64,000 nucleotides of DNA from an uncultured Candidatus Saccharibacteria bacterium (GTDB taxonomy: Bacteria; Patescibacteriota; Saccharimonadia; Saccharimonadales; Saccharimonadaceae): positions 34,949 to 98,948 of the forward strand of contig CAOJGQ010000001.1 of the NCBI GenBank assembly GCA_948435375.1, read 5' to 3'. Made by a program: the position numbers and the translations under genes. Position 1 is the first letter of the stretch. Each line of letters opens with the position of its first letter. The notes under the pieces were generated by a model. It had not been told where the DNA came from. It was given only the letters and a program-made list of their open reading frames with translations, and made no database searches. Below are positions 42,651 through 51,954 of this stretch, piece after piece.

Positions 42651-43874
42651 ATGAATATCAAAGTCCAATTTCGCGCCGGTATGCGCTACGCTAAAAAACC
42701 CGAAGTTTACGAAATCGCGCATATCGTCGAGCATCTTGCTTTTGGCGCCAACGCCAAATACCCTAACGAACAAGCTTTCGAAACCGAATTTACCAAAAAT
42801 GGCGCCTACCACAACGCTTGGACTTCCGATTATTCAGTTTGTTACGAAACCGAATGTGCTGACTTTGAGTGGGATCGTATCATGGAACTCCAAAAGCTCT
42901 CCATTACTGCTCCACGATTCAACGAAGCTGAACTAAAGAGCGAGAAAAGTAATGTCCGGGCCGAATTAACCGGCTACATGAACGATTATAATCGCCTTCT
43001 TTGGCCCCGCCTTCAACAAGCGATCGGTGAAAATGTCGCCGTATTGCCCGAACGCGTCAAGACCATCAGTAACATTGAGCTCAAGGATATTCGCGAGCAC
43101 TATCGTCGCACGCATACTGCGCACAACATGCGCTTCATTATCGCTGGCAATCTACGTGGTCGCAAACATAAGATATTAAAAGCGCTCAATCATTGGGAAT
43201 TAAAACCTGGCGAACGCTTTGACATTCCGCGCGACAATCTGCACTCCGCCTCACCCATTCTCATCCGTCGCAAAGACGCCACCAACATTACTTTTGGCAT
43301 GTCTTGGATGATTACTCGCAAGCTTGAACCTTTTGAAGTTTACGCTATGAATTGTTTAAACCATATTTTAAACGGCACTATGAGTAGTCGCATTTTTGGA
43401 CAGGCCCGCAAACAAGGTCTCGTTTATGATATGGGCAGCTATCTGAATAACGAATGGCATAATGCTGCCTGGGATTTCGATGGCGAAGTTAATGCCGAGA
43501 ACGCTCAAGCGTTATTCGACCTAATTCATCAGGAACTCGAAAAAGTTATCAATGGCGAAATCCGTGACGACGATATCGAAGCCGCCAAATCCTATGCCAC
43601 TGGCCGCTACCAAATGGGCGCCCAAACCGTCAGCCAAATTTCCGATTATTACTCTGACAACTATTTCACCAGCGGTATTATTGCGCGATACGACCACATG
43701 CCAAAATATATCCAAAACATCAAAAAAGACACTATCGTTTCACTTGCGCAAGAATTTCTCAGTAGTGATATTCATGCCTTAGCTACGGTCGGCTCCGTCG
43801 AGAAGTCCCTCATCAATGAACTCGCTAGTAAAATAGAGTTCAAAGATCTCCCCAGCCTCGAAACCGTGCTATAA
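42651..43874 (+). CDS. M16 (insulinase/pitrilysin) family peptidase; N-terminus probably extends upstream of the first canonical start
   Basis: It has the HxxEH motif in EIAHIVEHLAF. The same frame is open back to 42510 and encodes an M16-like N-terminus (HSAEEIKLASGAKGLLIDIPGASV) that contains no ATG, GTG or TTG. Confidence 0.75.
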   Translation: MNIKVQFRAGMRYAKKPEVYEIAHIVEHLAFGANAKYPNEQAFETEFTKNGAYHNAWTSDYSVCYETECADFEWDRIMELQKLSITAPRFNEAELKSEKSNVRAELTGYMNDYNRLLWPRLQQAIGENVAVLPERVKTISNIELKDIREHYRRTHTAHNMRFIIAGNLRGRKHKILKALNHWELKPGERFDIPRDNLHSASPILIRRKDATNITFGMSWMITRKLEPFEVYAMNCLNHILNGTMSSRIFGQARKQGLVYDMGSYLNNEWHNAAWDFDGEVNAENAQALFDLIHQELEKVINGEIRDDDIEAAKSYATGRYQMGAQTVSQISDYYSDNYFTSGIIARYDHMPKYIQNIKKDTIVSLAQEFLSSDIHALATVGSVEKSLINELASKIEFKDLPSLETVL

Positions 43875-43884
43875 TATATTATAT

Positions 43885-45156
43885 ATGCGAGTTGCAATTC
43901 TAGGCTATGGGAAGGAAGGCCGAAGCGCTGAGCAATATTTTGGCGCCAAGGATGCAGAAATCAGAGTTTTTGACAATTTCACGCCTGAGGAAGCCCCCAA
44001 ATTGCCGCTCGAAGATTTCGATCTAATTTTGCGCAGCCCATCTGTCCATCCTTATTCTGGCTGGAGTAGCATGACAAAACATTTTTTCACTCATTGCCCA
44101 TGTCCTATCATCGGCGTCACCGGGACCAAAGGCAAGGGAACTACATGCACCATGCTGCGTGATATTTTACAAAAACTTGGCCACAAAGTTTGGCTAGTGG
44201 GGAATATTGGTCAACCCGCGCTCGACATCTTAGATCAAATTTCTCCTGAAGATGTCGTTATTTACGAACTTAGTAGTTTTCAACTCTGGGATCTAGAGCA
44301 GTCTCCGCATATTGCCGTTATTCTCAAAGTTGAACCAGACCACCTCAACGTCCATGACGATTTTAGTGATTATGTTAATGCTAAAGCCAACATCGCTAAA
44401 TGGCAAACTGAAACCGACTTCTGTATTTATTATCAAAATAACCCCACTAGCGTCCAAATCGCCGAGACCAGCCCTGCCCAAAAACTTGCTTTTCCAATTA
44501 AAGATTCTCGTTCAAAGCTTGATCAGTTGCTCAACCATCTAAGCGTCGTCGGAGAACACAACCGTGAAGATGCCGAAGCCGCATTACTCGCCGCCGCCTG
44601 TTATCACGATCAAGGCTTATCTAGTTTCGTCCATGAGCATTTTCAAGCTTTAACTAGCGCTCTCCAAAATTTTCACAGTCTGCCACATCGTCTCGAATAC
44701 CTCCGCACTCTCAATCAAGTTGATTACTACGACGACAATTTCTCCACTACTTTGCCTTCCACACTCGTAGCACTTGAAGCCTTCGAAAATCAGCCGATTG
44801 TCCACATCGTTGGTGGTCGTGACAAAACTAACAATGCCGACATTTCCGACATCGCCGTCGCAATTCAGAAACACACTAAAAAGGCAATCTTGATCGGTGA
44901 ATCTGGCCACGAACTAGCCAAAATCTTACCCAAAGACCAATTTATTCTCGCCGACTCGCTCTCAACTGCCGTGACCGAAGCGCAAAAAATAGCCGAAGAA
45001 TTAGTCACAAAAGACAGTCAATCAAACTCGCAAGAAAATCAGCCTAACCCCCATCCCGTCGTCCTCATGTCGCCCGCCGCTGCTAGCTTTGACATGTTTG
45101 AAAACGTCTATGATCGCGGCGCCAAATTCCAAAAGCTTGTGCAGGAGCTCAGTTAA
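43885..45156 (+). CDS. murD: UDP-N-acetylmuramoyl-L-alanine--D-glutamate ligase
   Basis: It has MRVAILGYGKEGRS, the P-loop IIGVTGTKGKGTT and the Mur-ligase middle and C-terminal domains. TATAAT at 43870-43875 lies 9 nt upstream of the ATG. Confidence 0.9.
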   Translation: MRVAILGYGKEGRSAEQYFGAKDAEIRVFDNFTPEEAPKLPLEDFDLILRSPSVHPYSGWSSMTKHFFTHCPCPIIGVTGTKGKGTTCTMLRDILQKLGHKVWLVGNIGQPALDILDQISPEDVVIYELSSFQLWDLEQSPHIAVILKVEPDHLNVHDDFSDYVNAKANIAKWQTETDFCIYYQNNPTSVQIAETSPAQKLAFPIKDSRSKLDQLLNHLSVVGEHNREDAEAALLAAACYHDQGLSSFVHEHFQALTSALQNFHSLPHRLEYLRTLNQVDYYDDNFSTTLPSTLVALEAFENQPIVHIVGGRDKTNNADISDIAVAIQKHTKKAILIGESGHELAKILPKDQFILADSLSTAVTEAQKIAEELVTKDSQSNSQENQPNPHPVVLMSPAAASFDMFENVYDRGAKFQKLVQELS

Positions 45157-46241
45157 TGGCTCAGGATTTTACATCCAATCTACAAAAAGACTTAAAAAAG
45201 CTCCAACAAGAGCTTCAAAGCGCCTGGCAAAAACTCAATATTGAGCAAAAAATCCTGAGCGCCAAAGAGCTCGAAGCTGAAGTTGCTGAGCCCGAAATCT
45301 GGCTCAATCCTGAAAATGCCCGCCAAAAAAATGAGCAACTTGCTCGTTTGAGCGGCGAAATTGAGCCGTGGAAACTATTAAAGACTCAAATTACCGACCT
45401 CGACGAACTTTTAGCCATTAGCGACCAAGATTTGCAGAGCGAACTCGCCGAACAACTCAAAATTATCAACGCTCAGCTCCAAAAACTCAAACAAAGTCTC
45501 AAATTCACCGGCAAATTCGATCGCAATAATGCAATTTTGCGCATCACGGCTGGCGTTGGTGGCGTCGAAGCAATGGACTGGGCTAGCATGCTCGAACGTA
45601 TGTATTTGCGCTGGGTGGAACGCAACAATTTTAAAACCCAGCTCATTGAACGTACTATCGGCGAAGAAGCCGGTATTAAAACCGTTGTTTACGAAATCAC
45701 CGGCAATAATGTTTATGGGTTATTAAAAAGTGAGCACGGCGTACATCGCCTGGTTCGTCTCTCCCCTTTCAACGCTGATAATTTGCGCCAAACTAGTTTC
45801 GCACTAGTCGAAATCCTCCCCATCATCGAAAACGACGAAGAAATCAAAATTGACGACAAAGATTTACGCATTGACGTCTACCATTCCGGTGGACACGGCG
45901 GCCAAAGTGTCAACACCACTAATTCCGCCGTGCGCATCACCCATTTACCTACCAATACGGTTGTTGCTATCCAAAACGAACGTTCCCAGCTCCAAAATAA
46001 GGCCAAGGCTATGGAAATCTTGCGCGGCAAACTCGCTAGAATGCAACAGGAGCAACAAGCCGAAAATATTGATAGGTTGCGCGCTGGCGAATCAGCCAAA
46101 TGGGGACAACAAATTCGCAATTATGTTTTGCAGCCCTACAAACTCGTCAAGGACACTCGCACTAAACACGAAAGCAAAGACCCCGATGCTATTTTGGATG
46201 GCAAAATCGACGAATTTATTGACGCATTTTTGGATATGTAG
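45156..46241 (+). CDS. prfB: Peptide chain release factor 2 (single uninterrupted ORF)
   Basis: It has the SPF tripeptide (RLSPFNADNLRQTSFA) and the GGQ motif (SGGHGGQSVNTTNSAVRITH). The start overlaps the murD stop (TAATG). Confidence 0.93.
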   Translation: MAQDFTSNLQKDLKKLQQELQSAWQKLNIEQKILSAKELEAEVAEPEIWLNPENARQKNEQLARLSGEIEPWKLLKTQITDLDELLAISDQDLQSELAEQLKIINAQLQKLKQSLKFTGKFDRNNAILRITAGVGGVEAMDWASMLERMYLRWVERNNFKTQLIERTIGEEAGIKTVVYEITGNNVYGLLKSEHGVHRLVRLSPFNADNLRQTSFALVEILPIIENDEEIKIDDKDLRIDVYHSGGHGGQSVNTTNSAVRITHLPTNTVVAIQNERSQLQNKAKAMEILRGKLARMQQEQQAENIDRLRAGESAKWGQQIRNYVLQPYKLVKDTRTKHESKDPDAILDGKIDEFIDAFLDM

Positions 46242-46279
46242 CCATTGCGATTTAATAATGCTTGTGTTATCATGTTGAT

Positions 46280-47419
46280 ATGATTCTGCTCGATCGCATT
46301 ACAAAGACCTACCCTGGCGATGAAGAACCCGCGCTCGATAATGTTTCACTTCATATCGAACCGCGTGAGTTCGTCTTTTTGGTCGGTAAATCTGGCGCCG
46401 GCAAATCTACCCTCATCAAAATGATCACCAAAGAAGAGCAGCCTGATTCTGGCAAAATCGTCATTGGTGGTATCGACCTAGATTATGTTCGCAAACGTCA
46501 TATTCCACATTATCGCCGTCGCCTCGGTGTAGTTTTTCAAGATTACAAGCTTCTCCCAACCCGTACAGTTTATGAAAATGTTGCTTTTGCACTCGAAATT
46601 GCTGGTATGCGCAACAGCGAAATCGCCAAGACCGTACCCAAAGTACTTGATTTAGTTGGTTTGGCTGAAAAAAGCCATAAATTTCCCACTCATTTATCCG
46701 GTGGCGAACAGCAGCGTGTCAGTATCGCTCGTTCCGTCGCTCGCCAACCAAAGATCCTCATCGCCGACGAGCCGACCGGCAATCTCGATAAGCTTACACG
46801 TCAAGAAATCATCGATCTTTTGCAGCGCATTAACGATTTCGGCACCACTGTCCTGGTTACCACCCACGACGAAAATATCGTCAATAACCTCAGCAAACGC
46901 GTCGTAACTTTGAAAGCTGGTCGCATTGTCGACGATCAGAAATGCCATGGTGTTTATCGCCTCGACAGTGAACCAGAAGACTTGATTAAGCGCATGCAGC
47001 GCGGCGATACCGCTGCTCAAAATTTTGCACTCGAAAAAGTCAAGGCCATGAAAGAACAATCACCCGCCAATCTTACTATTAAAACTAATCTTGGCGCCGC
47101 CAAAGTCCAAGCTCCGCGCAAAATTCAGCAACCTGGCAGCAAAAATTCCAAAGTACAAGAAATGCAGCGGCTTCAACAAGTCCGCGAACGTATGCGCGCT
47201 CTTCAAAAAGAGCAACAAATCCGTCAAAATAATCGCGCTAACAATAAAGAATTCAGTCCTGGTTCCGCTAACCAATGGTACACCGCCAACAAGCCGTTGC
47301 GCGCCGCTCCTAAACTCAGTAGCCTCAGTCTCGGCCAGACCGTCCGTCTTAAACCCGCACCTGGCCTCACCAATAAAACTTCAATCATACCAAAAAATCA
47401 ATCAAAACGCATTATCTAA
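46280..47419 (+). CDS. ftsE: Cell-division ABC ATPase FtsE with a ~155-aa C-terminal extension
   Basis: It has Walker A (GKSGAGKST), the signature [14 protein letters not shown] and Walker B (ILIADEPTG). It sits upstream of ftsX. ATG 46280 lies 6 nt after TGT-TATCAT. Confidence 0.9.
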   Translation: MILLDRITKTYPGDEEPALDNVSLHIEPREFVFLVGKSGAGKSTLIKMITKEEQPDSGKIVIGGIDLDYVRKRHIPHYRRRLGVVFQDYKLLPTRTVYENVAFALEIAGMRNSEIAKTVPKVLDLVGLAEKSHKFPTHLSGGEQQRVSIARSVARQPKILIADEPTGNLDKLTRQEIIDLLQRINDFGTTVLVTTHDENIVNNLSKRVVTLKAGRIVDDQKCHGVYRLDSEPEDLIKRMQRGDTAAQNFALEKVKAMKEQSPANLTIKTNLGAAKVQAPRKIQQPGSKNSKVQEMQRLQQVRERMRALQKEQQIRQNNRANNKEFSPGSANQWYTANKPLRAAPKLSSLSLGQTVRLKPAPGLTNKTSIIPKNQSKRII

Positions 47420-47431
47420 ACGGGGAACCGA

Positions 47432-48463
47432 ATGACCAAAAATAAAACTATCAATAAAGCGCACATCAATCGTCAAACTACCAAAGAACATCTCAAAAAA
47501 CTTGAGAAAAATAGTAGCGCCAGCAAACTTCGCTCCACTGGTCGTATTATGAAATATGGCGCCGTCAGCTTTACCCGCAATGTCTGGCTTTCAATTGCTG
47601 CTACGCTCGTCATGACGGTCACGTTAGTTATCTTGATGGTCACCGTTCTTGCTAGTTTAATCCTCACCGCCACCGCCAAAACCATGCAGGAAAAAATCGA
47701 TATTTCAATTTACTTCACTCCCGAAACTAGTCAAGAGACTATGGAAGAAATGGCTGTAATAATGCGCCAAACCGAAAATGTTCAAAATGTCGAAGTAACG
47801 GATTCCGCCGCAGAATACCAAATTTTTCTCGAGGATCGCAAAGATAATGAAGAACTACTTTCCGCCCTCGAGGACCAAGCCATGCACGAGCTCATGCTTA
47901 ACACCATGCATCCTACCATGCGTGTCAAAGTTTATGACTCAAACGACTTATCTAGCGTGCGCAATCTAGTAGAGAGCTCGGAAATTTTCCAAGCCCATCT
48001 TGATCCCGAAGAAGACCCAACTTATGACGTAAACCAAGCCGAAATCGCCACTATCAACTCTTGGGCCAACATTGCTAAAAACGGCGGTCTTATTCTCGGC
48101 GCCGTCTTCCTAGTCATTTCCATCCTTGTCATCTTCAACACCATTCGCATGGCAATTTTCTCCCGCCGCGAAGAAATTTACATGATGCGGCTAGTTGGTG
48201 CAGATGGCAGTTTTATCCGCGGACCATTCCTCGTCGAAGCGCAAATTTGTGGCATTATCTCCGGCATTTTCGCCAGTACAATTGGCTATTTCGGCTTCCA
48301 TTTTCTCGCGCCAAAACTCGCCAACTACGGGATCGATGTCTCGGCAGTCTCCGAAATCCTTGAATCAAACATGCTCATTATCGTCTTCCTGGTTATGTGT
48401 GGCATTGGTCTACTCATTGGCACTATTTCCGCCCGCCTCGCTATGCAAAAATATTTGAAATAA
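47432..48463 (+). CDS. ftsX: Cell-division permease-like protein FtsX
   Basis: It has a TM helix, a large extracytoplasmic domain and three C-terminal TM helices (IRMAIFSRREEIYMMRLVGADGSFIRGPF). It is adjacent to ftsE. Confidence 0.85.
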   Translation: MTKNKTINKAHINRQTTKEHLKKLEKNSSASKLRSTGRIMKYGAVSFTRNVWLSIAATLVMTVTLVILMVTVLASLILTATAKTMQEKIDISIYFTPETSQETMEEMAVIMRQTENVQNVEVTDSAAEYQIFLEDRKDNEELLSALEDQAMHELMLNTMHPTMRVKVYDSNDLSSVRNLVESSEIFQAHLDPEEDPTYDVNQAEIATINSWANIAKNGGLILGAVFLVISILVIFNTIRMAIFSRREEIYMMRLVGADGSFIRGPFLVEAQICGIISGIFASTIGYFGFHFLAPKLANYGIDVSAVSEILESNMLIIVFLVMCGIGLLIGTISARLAMQKYLK

Positions 48464-48489
48464 TTTTTGCAGTGTGATATATATTAGTT

Positions 48490-49701
48490 ATGGTTAGTAA
48501 ACGTGCTCACAAAACAATCGGTCTGCGCAAAATCTTTGCTATCTTAATTATTTTTGCCGTCATTGCCGCCGATAGTACTATGATACTTACCGCCGAAGAA
48601 GACGCCCATGCCTATCCAGCCGGTTGTGTCAGCCAAGCCTGCCGTGAGGCTGCCGACCGAGCCGCCGACGCCGAACGTCGCGCTTCCGATGCTGCTTCTA
48701 ATGCCCAGACTTTGGCCGGCGAAGTTGAAAGATTGAACGCCGAAATCGAGTCGCTCGAAGCCGATATCGCCGCCAACCAAGCAATCGCTGCGGATTTGTC
48801 CGCTCAAATCACCGAAAATGAAAACAAGCTAAACCTCCAGCAAGCTGCACTCGCCAAGCTACTGGAAAAATCTTACCGTGAAGACAAAGACGGTTCCGAT
48901 GTTATTATTTTACTCGCTGGTAGCGAATCAATTGGTGATTTTGCTGAGAAAAAGTCACGCCAAACCAGTGTCGAGACTCAAGTTTCCGCCTCCACTAAAG
49001 CTATCAAAAGTCTCAAAGAAGAACTTGAAAATCAAAAAAATAGCGTTGATGCCTTAATTTCGAGCGCCGAAAGCAAACGCAACGAAGTTTCCGAAAAACG
49101 CAATCAGCAAAACGCTCTAATCGCCAAATACGAAGCAAACGCCGAAGCTTATGAAGCCGACGCCGCTGCCGCGCGTGAGACAATGCAAAAAGAAATCGCC
49201 GCTGAAATCGCCCGTTATAACAGTAGCGGTGTCGTCGGCGAAGGCTATAATTCATACCCATATTCTCGCGAATGTCCCGATTATACTTACGCTGCTATCG
49301 CTAATGCCGATAGCAAGTACGGTGGCTACGTTTGCCAATGTACAAGTTATGCCGGCTGGAAAGCCTATGAAGCCTTCGGTGTTTCAATCTCTGGCTGGGG
49401 AAATGCTCGCTATTGGATCGGTTCTGGTGGCGTGAGCAAAACCGCCCGCGGTCGTGACGGTAATTACCATGCTTATCGTGTCGACCACAACGCCGCGCCT
49501 CACACGGTTGCTGTCAGTACTTCTGGCGCCTATGGACACGTTATGTGGGTCGAGAGTGTCAACGGCAACGGCACGATTAACCTCACGGAATATAATAACA
49601 CTGCTAGTGCTGCTAGCCATCGTGAAGGCGACTTCGGCGCTCGCTACAACGTCAATGCCAGCGCTTACGTCTATATCCACTTCGACCAACCACTTTGGTA
49701 A
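48490..49701 (+). CDS. Secreted coiled-coil + CHAP-domain peptidoglycan hydrolase (PcsB-like architecture)
   Basis: It has a signal anchor and a ~200-aa heptad-rich, Ala/Glu-rich region. The C-terminal CHAP domain carries Cys in YVCQCTSYAGWKAYE and His in GHVMWVESV. Confidence 0.8.
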   Translation: MVSKRAHKTIGLRKIFAILIIFAVIAADSTMILTAEEDAHAYPAGCVSQACREAADRAADAERRASDAASNAQTLAGEVERLNAEIESLEADIAANQAIAADLSAQITENENKLNLQQAALAKLLEKSYREDKDGSDVIILLAGSESIGDFAEKKSRQTSVETQVSASTKAIKSLKEELENQKNSVDALISSAESKRNEVSEKRNQQNALIAKYEANAEAYEADAAAARETMQKEIAAEIARYNSSGVVGEGYNSYPYSRECPDYTYAAIANADSKYGGYVCQCTSYAGWKAYEAFGVSISGWGNARYWIGSGGVSKTARGRDGNYHAYRVDHNAAPHTVAVSTSGAYGHVMWVESVNGNGTINLTEYNNTASAASHREGDFGARYNVNASAYVYIHFDQPLW

Positions 49702-49757
49702 TTTTCATCAATAATATTTTTCCGCATGGTCCACGCGTTTTGTGCTAAAATAGTTTC

Positions 49758-50966
49758 ATGACGACAAAATGGGAAGCAAAAAAAGTTAATCTCGGCAGCG
49801 CCATCATAGGCAGTGCAATCACCTTAGTAATTGGAGCTTTTCTCGGCTTTGGCTGGACCAAAATCTCACCATATATTTTGCCCTATTTTGGTTTTTCTCA
49901 CGTCCCTTCCAATGATTGGTCTTCACTCGACGAAGTTTATGCTGAACTGTCCGCTAATTACGACGGCGATATTGACAAAGCTACTTTAGTCGAAGGTGCT
50001 AAGAAAGGCATGGTCGAAGCCATCGGCGACCCTTATACGGCCTATATGAACGCCGAGGAAGCGAAAGAATTTGAAGCCAGTTTGCATGGCGATAGCGGTG
50101 CCGGCATTGGCGTTGAAATTGCCCTCCGCGAAAATTATATTCGAGTCATCCGCACCCTCCCCGACAATCCTGCCGGTAAAGCCGGAATCAAAGCTGGTGA
50201 TATTATCTATAAGGTCAATGATGAAAATGTCCTCGGCGAAGATATTGATACGGTCTCCTCCAAACTTCGTGGTACTCCCGGGACCAAAGTGAAAGTCACT
50301 GTCGTTCGCGACGAAGACGAAAAAGAATTCGAACTCACCCGTGAAACTATCAACAACGTCTCAGCCTATGCCGAATACGACGGCGACACCGCAGTTCTTA
50401 ACGTTACTCGCTTCGACACTGATACTGGCTCCATTGTTCAGAAAATCGTCGAAAATGATTTCAAAGGCAAGAACATTGAAAAAGTCATTCTTGACCTACG
50501 TAATAACACTGGTGGATACGTCTCCGCCGCTAAAGAGCTCCTCTCGCTCTGGATCGATGAAGACGTCGTCCTGGTTCAAAAAAATCACGGTGAAACCACC
50601 GAAATTACCAAAACCAACCGCGGCAAAGCCAAACTTGGTAACATGCCTACTGTAGTCCTTACGAATGGCAGCACAGCGTCCGCTTCCGAAATTGTCGCTG
50701 GCGCTCTCAAAGATTACGATAAAGCTACCATCCTCGGTGAAACTACCTTTGGCAAAGGAGTTGTCCAAACTCTCTTCGATCTTCCAGGCGGTGCCTTACT
50801 CAAAATCACCACCGCCCATTGGTACACACCCAAAGGCACCAGTGTTAGCGAAACAGGGATCACGCCCGATATTGAAGTAGAATTGACTTACGACGACACA
50901 AATCACAATCGCGATCCCCAAATGGACGCCGCAAAGGAACTAACTATCAAAGATTTGAAAAAATAG
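49758..50966 (+). CDS. ctpA: Carboxy-terminal processing (S41) protease with a PDZ domain
   Basis: It has the PDZ segment GIGVEIALRENYIRVIRTLPDNPAGKAGIKAGDIIYKVN. The S41 core has DLRNNTGGY and GSTASASEIVAGALKD. Confidence 0.88.
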   Translation: MTTKWEAKKVNLGSAIIGSAITLVIGAFLGFGWTKISPYILPYFGFSHVPSNDWSSLDEVYAELSANYDGDIDKATLVEGAKKGMVEAIGDPYTAYMNAEEAKEFEASLHGDSGAGIGVEIALRENYIRVIRTLPDNPAGKAGIKAGDIIYKVNDENVLGEDIDTVSSKLRGTPGTKVKVTVVRDEDEKEFELTRETINNVSAYAEYDGDTAVLNVTRFDTDTGSIVQKIVENDFKGKNIEKVILDLRNNTGGYVSAAKELLSLWIDEDVVLVQKNHGETTEITKTNRGKAKLGNMPTVVLTNGSTASASEIVAGALKDYDKATILGETTFGKGVVQTLFDLPGGALLKITTAHWYTPKGTSVSETGITPDIEVELTYDDTNHNRDPQMDAAKELTIKDLKK

Positions 50967-50975
50967 GAGGATATC

Positions 50976-51206
50976 ATGCCAAAAGGCCAACCTAATCAAT
51001 CAAACGACGTCAAAGTCTACTCAACTGCAACTTGCCCATATTGCCATGCGCTCATGGACTGGCTCGACCGCGAGGGAATCAGCTACCAAGAAATTGATGC
51101 TTCGAACATGTCCGACATTGAAGTTGTCCCGGTTACCGAGATTAACGGTCGACGTATCGTCGGCTTTGACCGCGTCGCTATCAAGGATGCCCTAACTCAT
51201 CAATAG
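50976..51206 (+). CDS. Glutaredoxin/NrdH-like small redoxin
   Basis: 76 aa. It has VKVYSTATCPYCHALMDWL (CPYC). GGAGG Shine-Dalgarno lies upstream. Confidence 0.8.
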   Translation: MPKGQPNQSNDVKVYSTATCPYCHALMDWLDREGISYQEIDASNMSDIEVVPVTEINGRRIVGFDRVAIKDALTHQ

Positions 51207-51216
51207 AGGCTACCAA

Positions 51217-51954
51217 ATGACACAAAAACCATCACTTGTTTTGCTACATGGCTTTCGCGGTTCTCCTCTCGGTCTTGAACAAATCGCCGAACATCTACGA
51301 TTGTTCGGTTATAAAGTTTATACTCCCGCCGTTCCTCCTTTCGCCGGTGCTGAATTCCTCAATGTTTATGGCCCCGACCATTACGCAGAATTTGTCAAAA
51401 GTTATATCACCAAAAACCAGCTTGAAAAACCTATTCTCATTGGTCATTCTATGGGGTCGTTAGTAGCATCCGCCACCGCCCAACGCTATCCTGACGCTAT
51501 TAATTCTCACCTCATACTCCTTTCGCCTATTTCCACCCGCACACCAAAATTCATCCGTCTAATTTCAATTTTTGCCGTCCTCTTACCCAAAAAACTTGTT
51601 GACTATGCCACCACTAAATATCTTTTCACCTCAACCCCTAAAGACCTCTTCCGCCAAACTCTCCGCTTAACCAATCTTTGCAGTACCGATCATCTACCAC
51701 GCGCTCGCGAAGTCATGAAATCAAGCCTTTTTTCAACCAAACATGCCATATCCGACTTCAAACTACCCAAACAAACTTTATTACTCGCCGGTGAAAAAGA
51801 CCGATTAATCAAAAAAACCGCCACCGAAAAGCTCGCCCGCGAGAAAAAATTCGACGCCATTTTTCTGCCCAACACTGGACATTTGCACAATTACGAACAG
51901 CCCCTCGAAACTGCCCAAGCAATTATTGATTGGCTCGATCAGTCTTCAGTCTAA
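51217..51954 (+). CDS. Alpha/beta-fold hydrolase
   Basis: It has LVLLHGFRGS, the nucleophile elbow GHSMGS and a C-terminal His (NTGHLHNYE). Confidence 0.7.
   Translation: MTQKPSLVLLHGFRGSPLGLEQIAEHLRLFGYKVYTPAVPPFAGAEFLNVYGPDHYAEFVKSYITKNQLEKPILIGHSMGSLVASATAQRYPDAINSHLILLSPISTRTPKFIRLISIFAVLLPKKLVDYATTKYLFTSTPKDLFRQTLRLTNLCSTDHLPRAREVMKSSLFSTKHAISDFKLPKQTLLLAGEKDRLIKKTATEKLAREKKFDAIFLPNTGHLHNYEQPLETAQAIIDWLDQSSV

Noticed and set aside
45156-46241. I looked for the programmed +1 frameshift (CTT TGA C) typical of many prfB genes.
   Set aside because: The RF2 ORF is continuous from ATG 45156 with no early in-frame TGA. The gene is simply of the non-frameshifted type.
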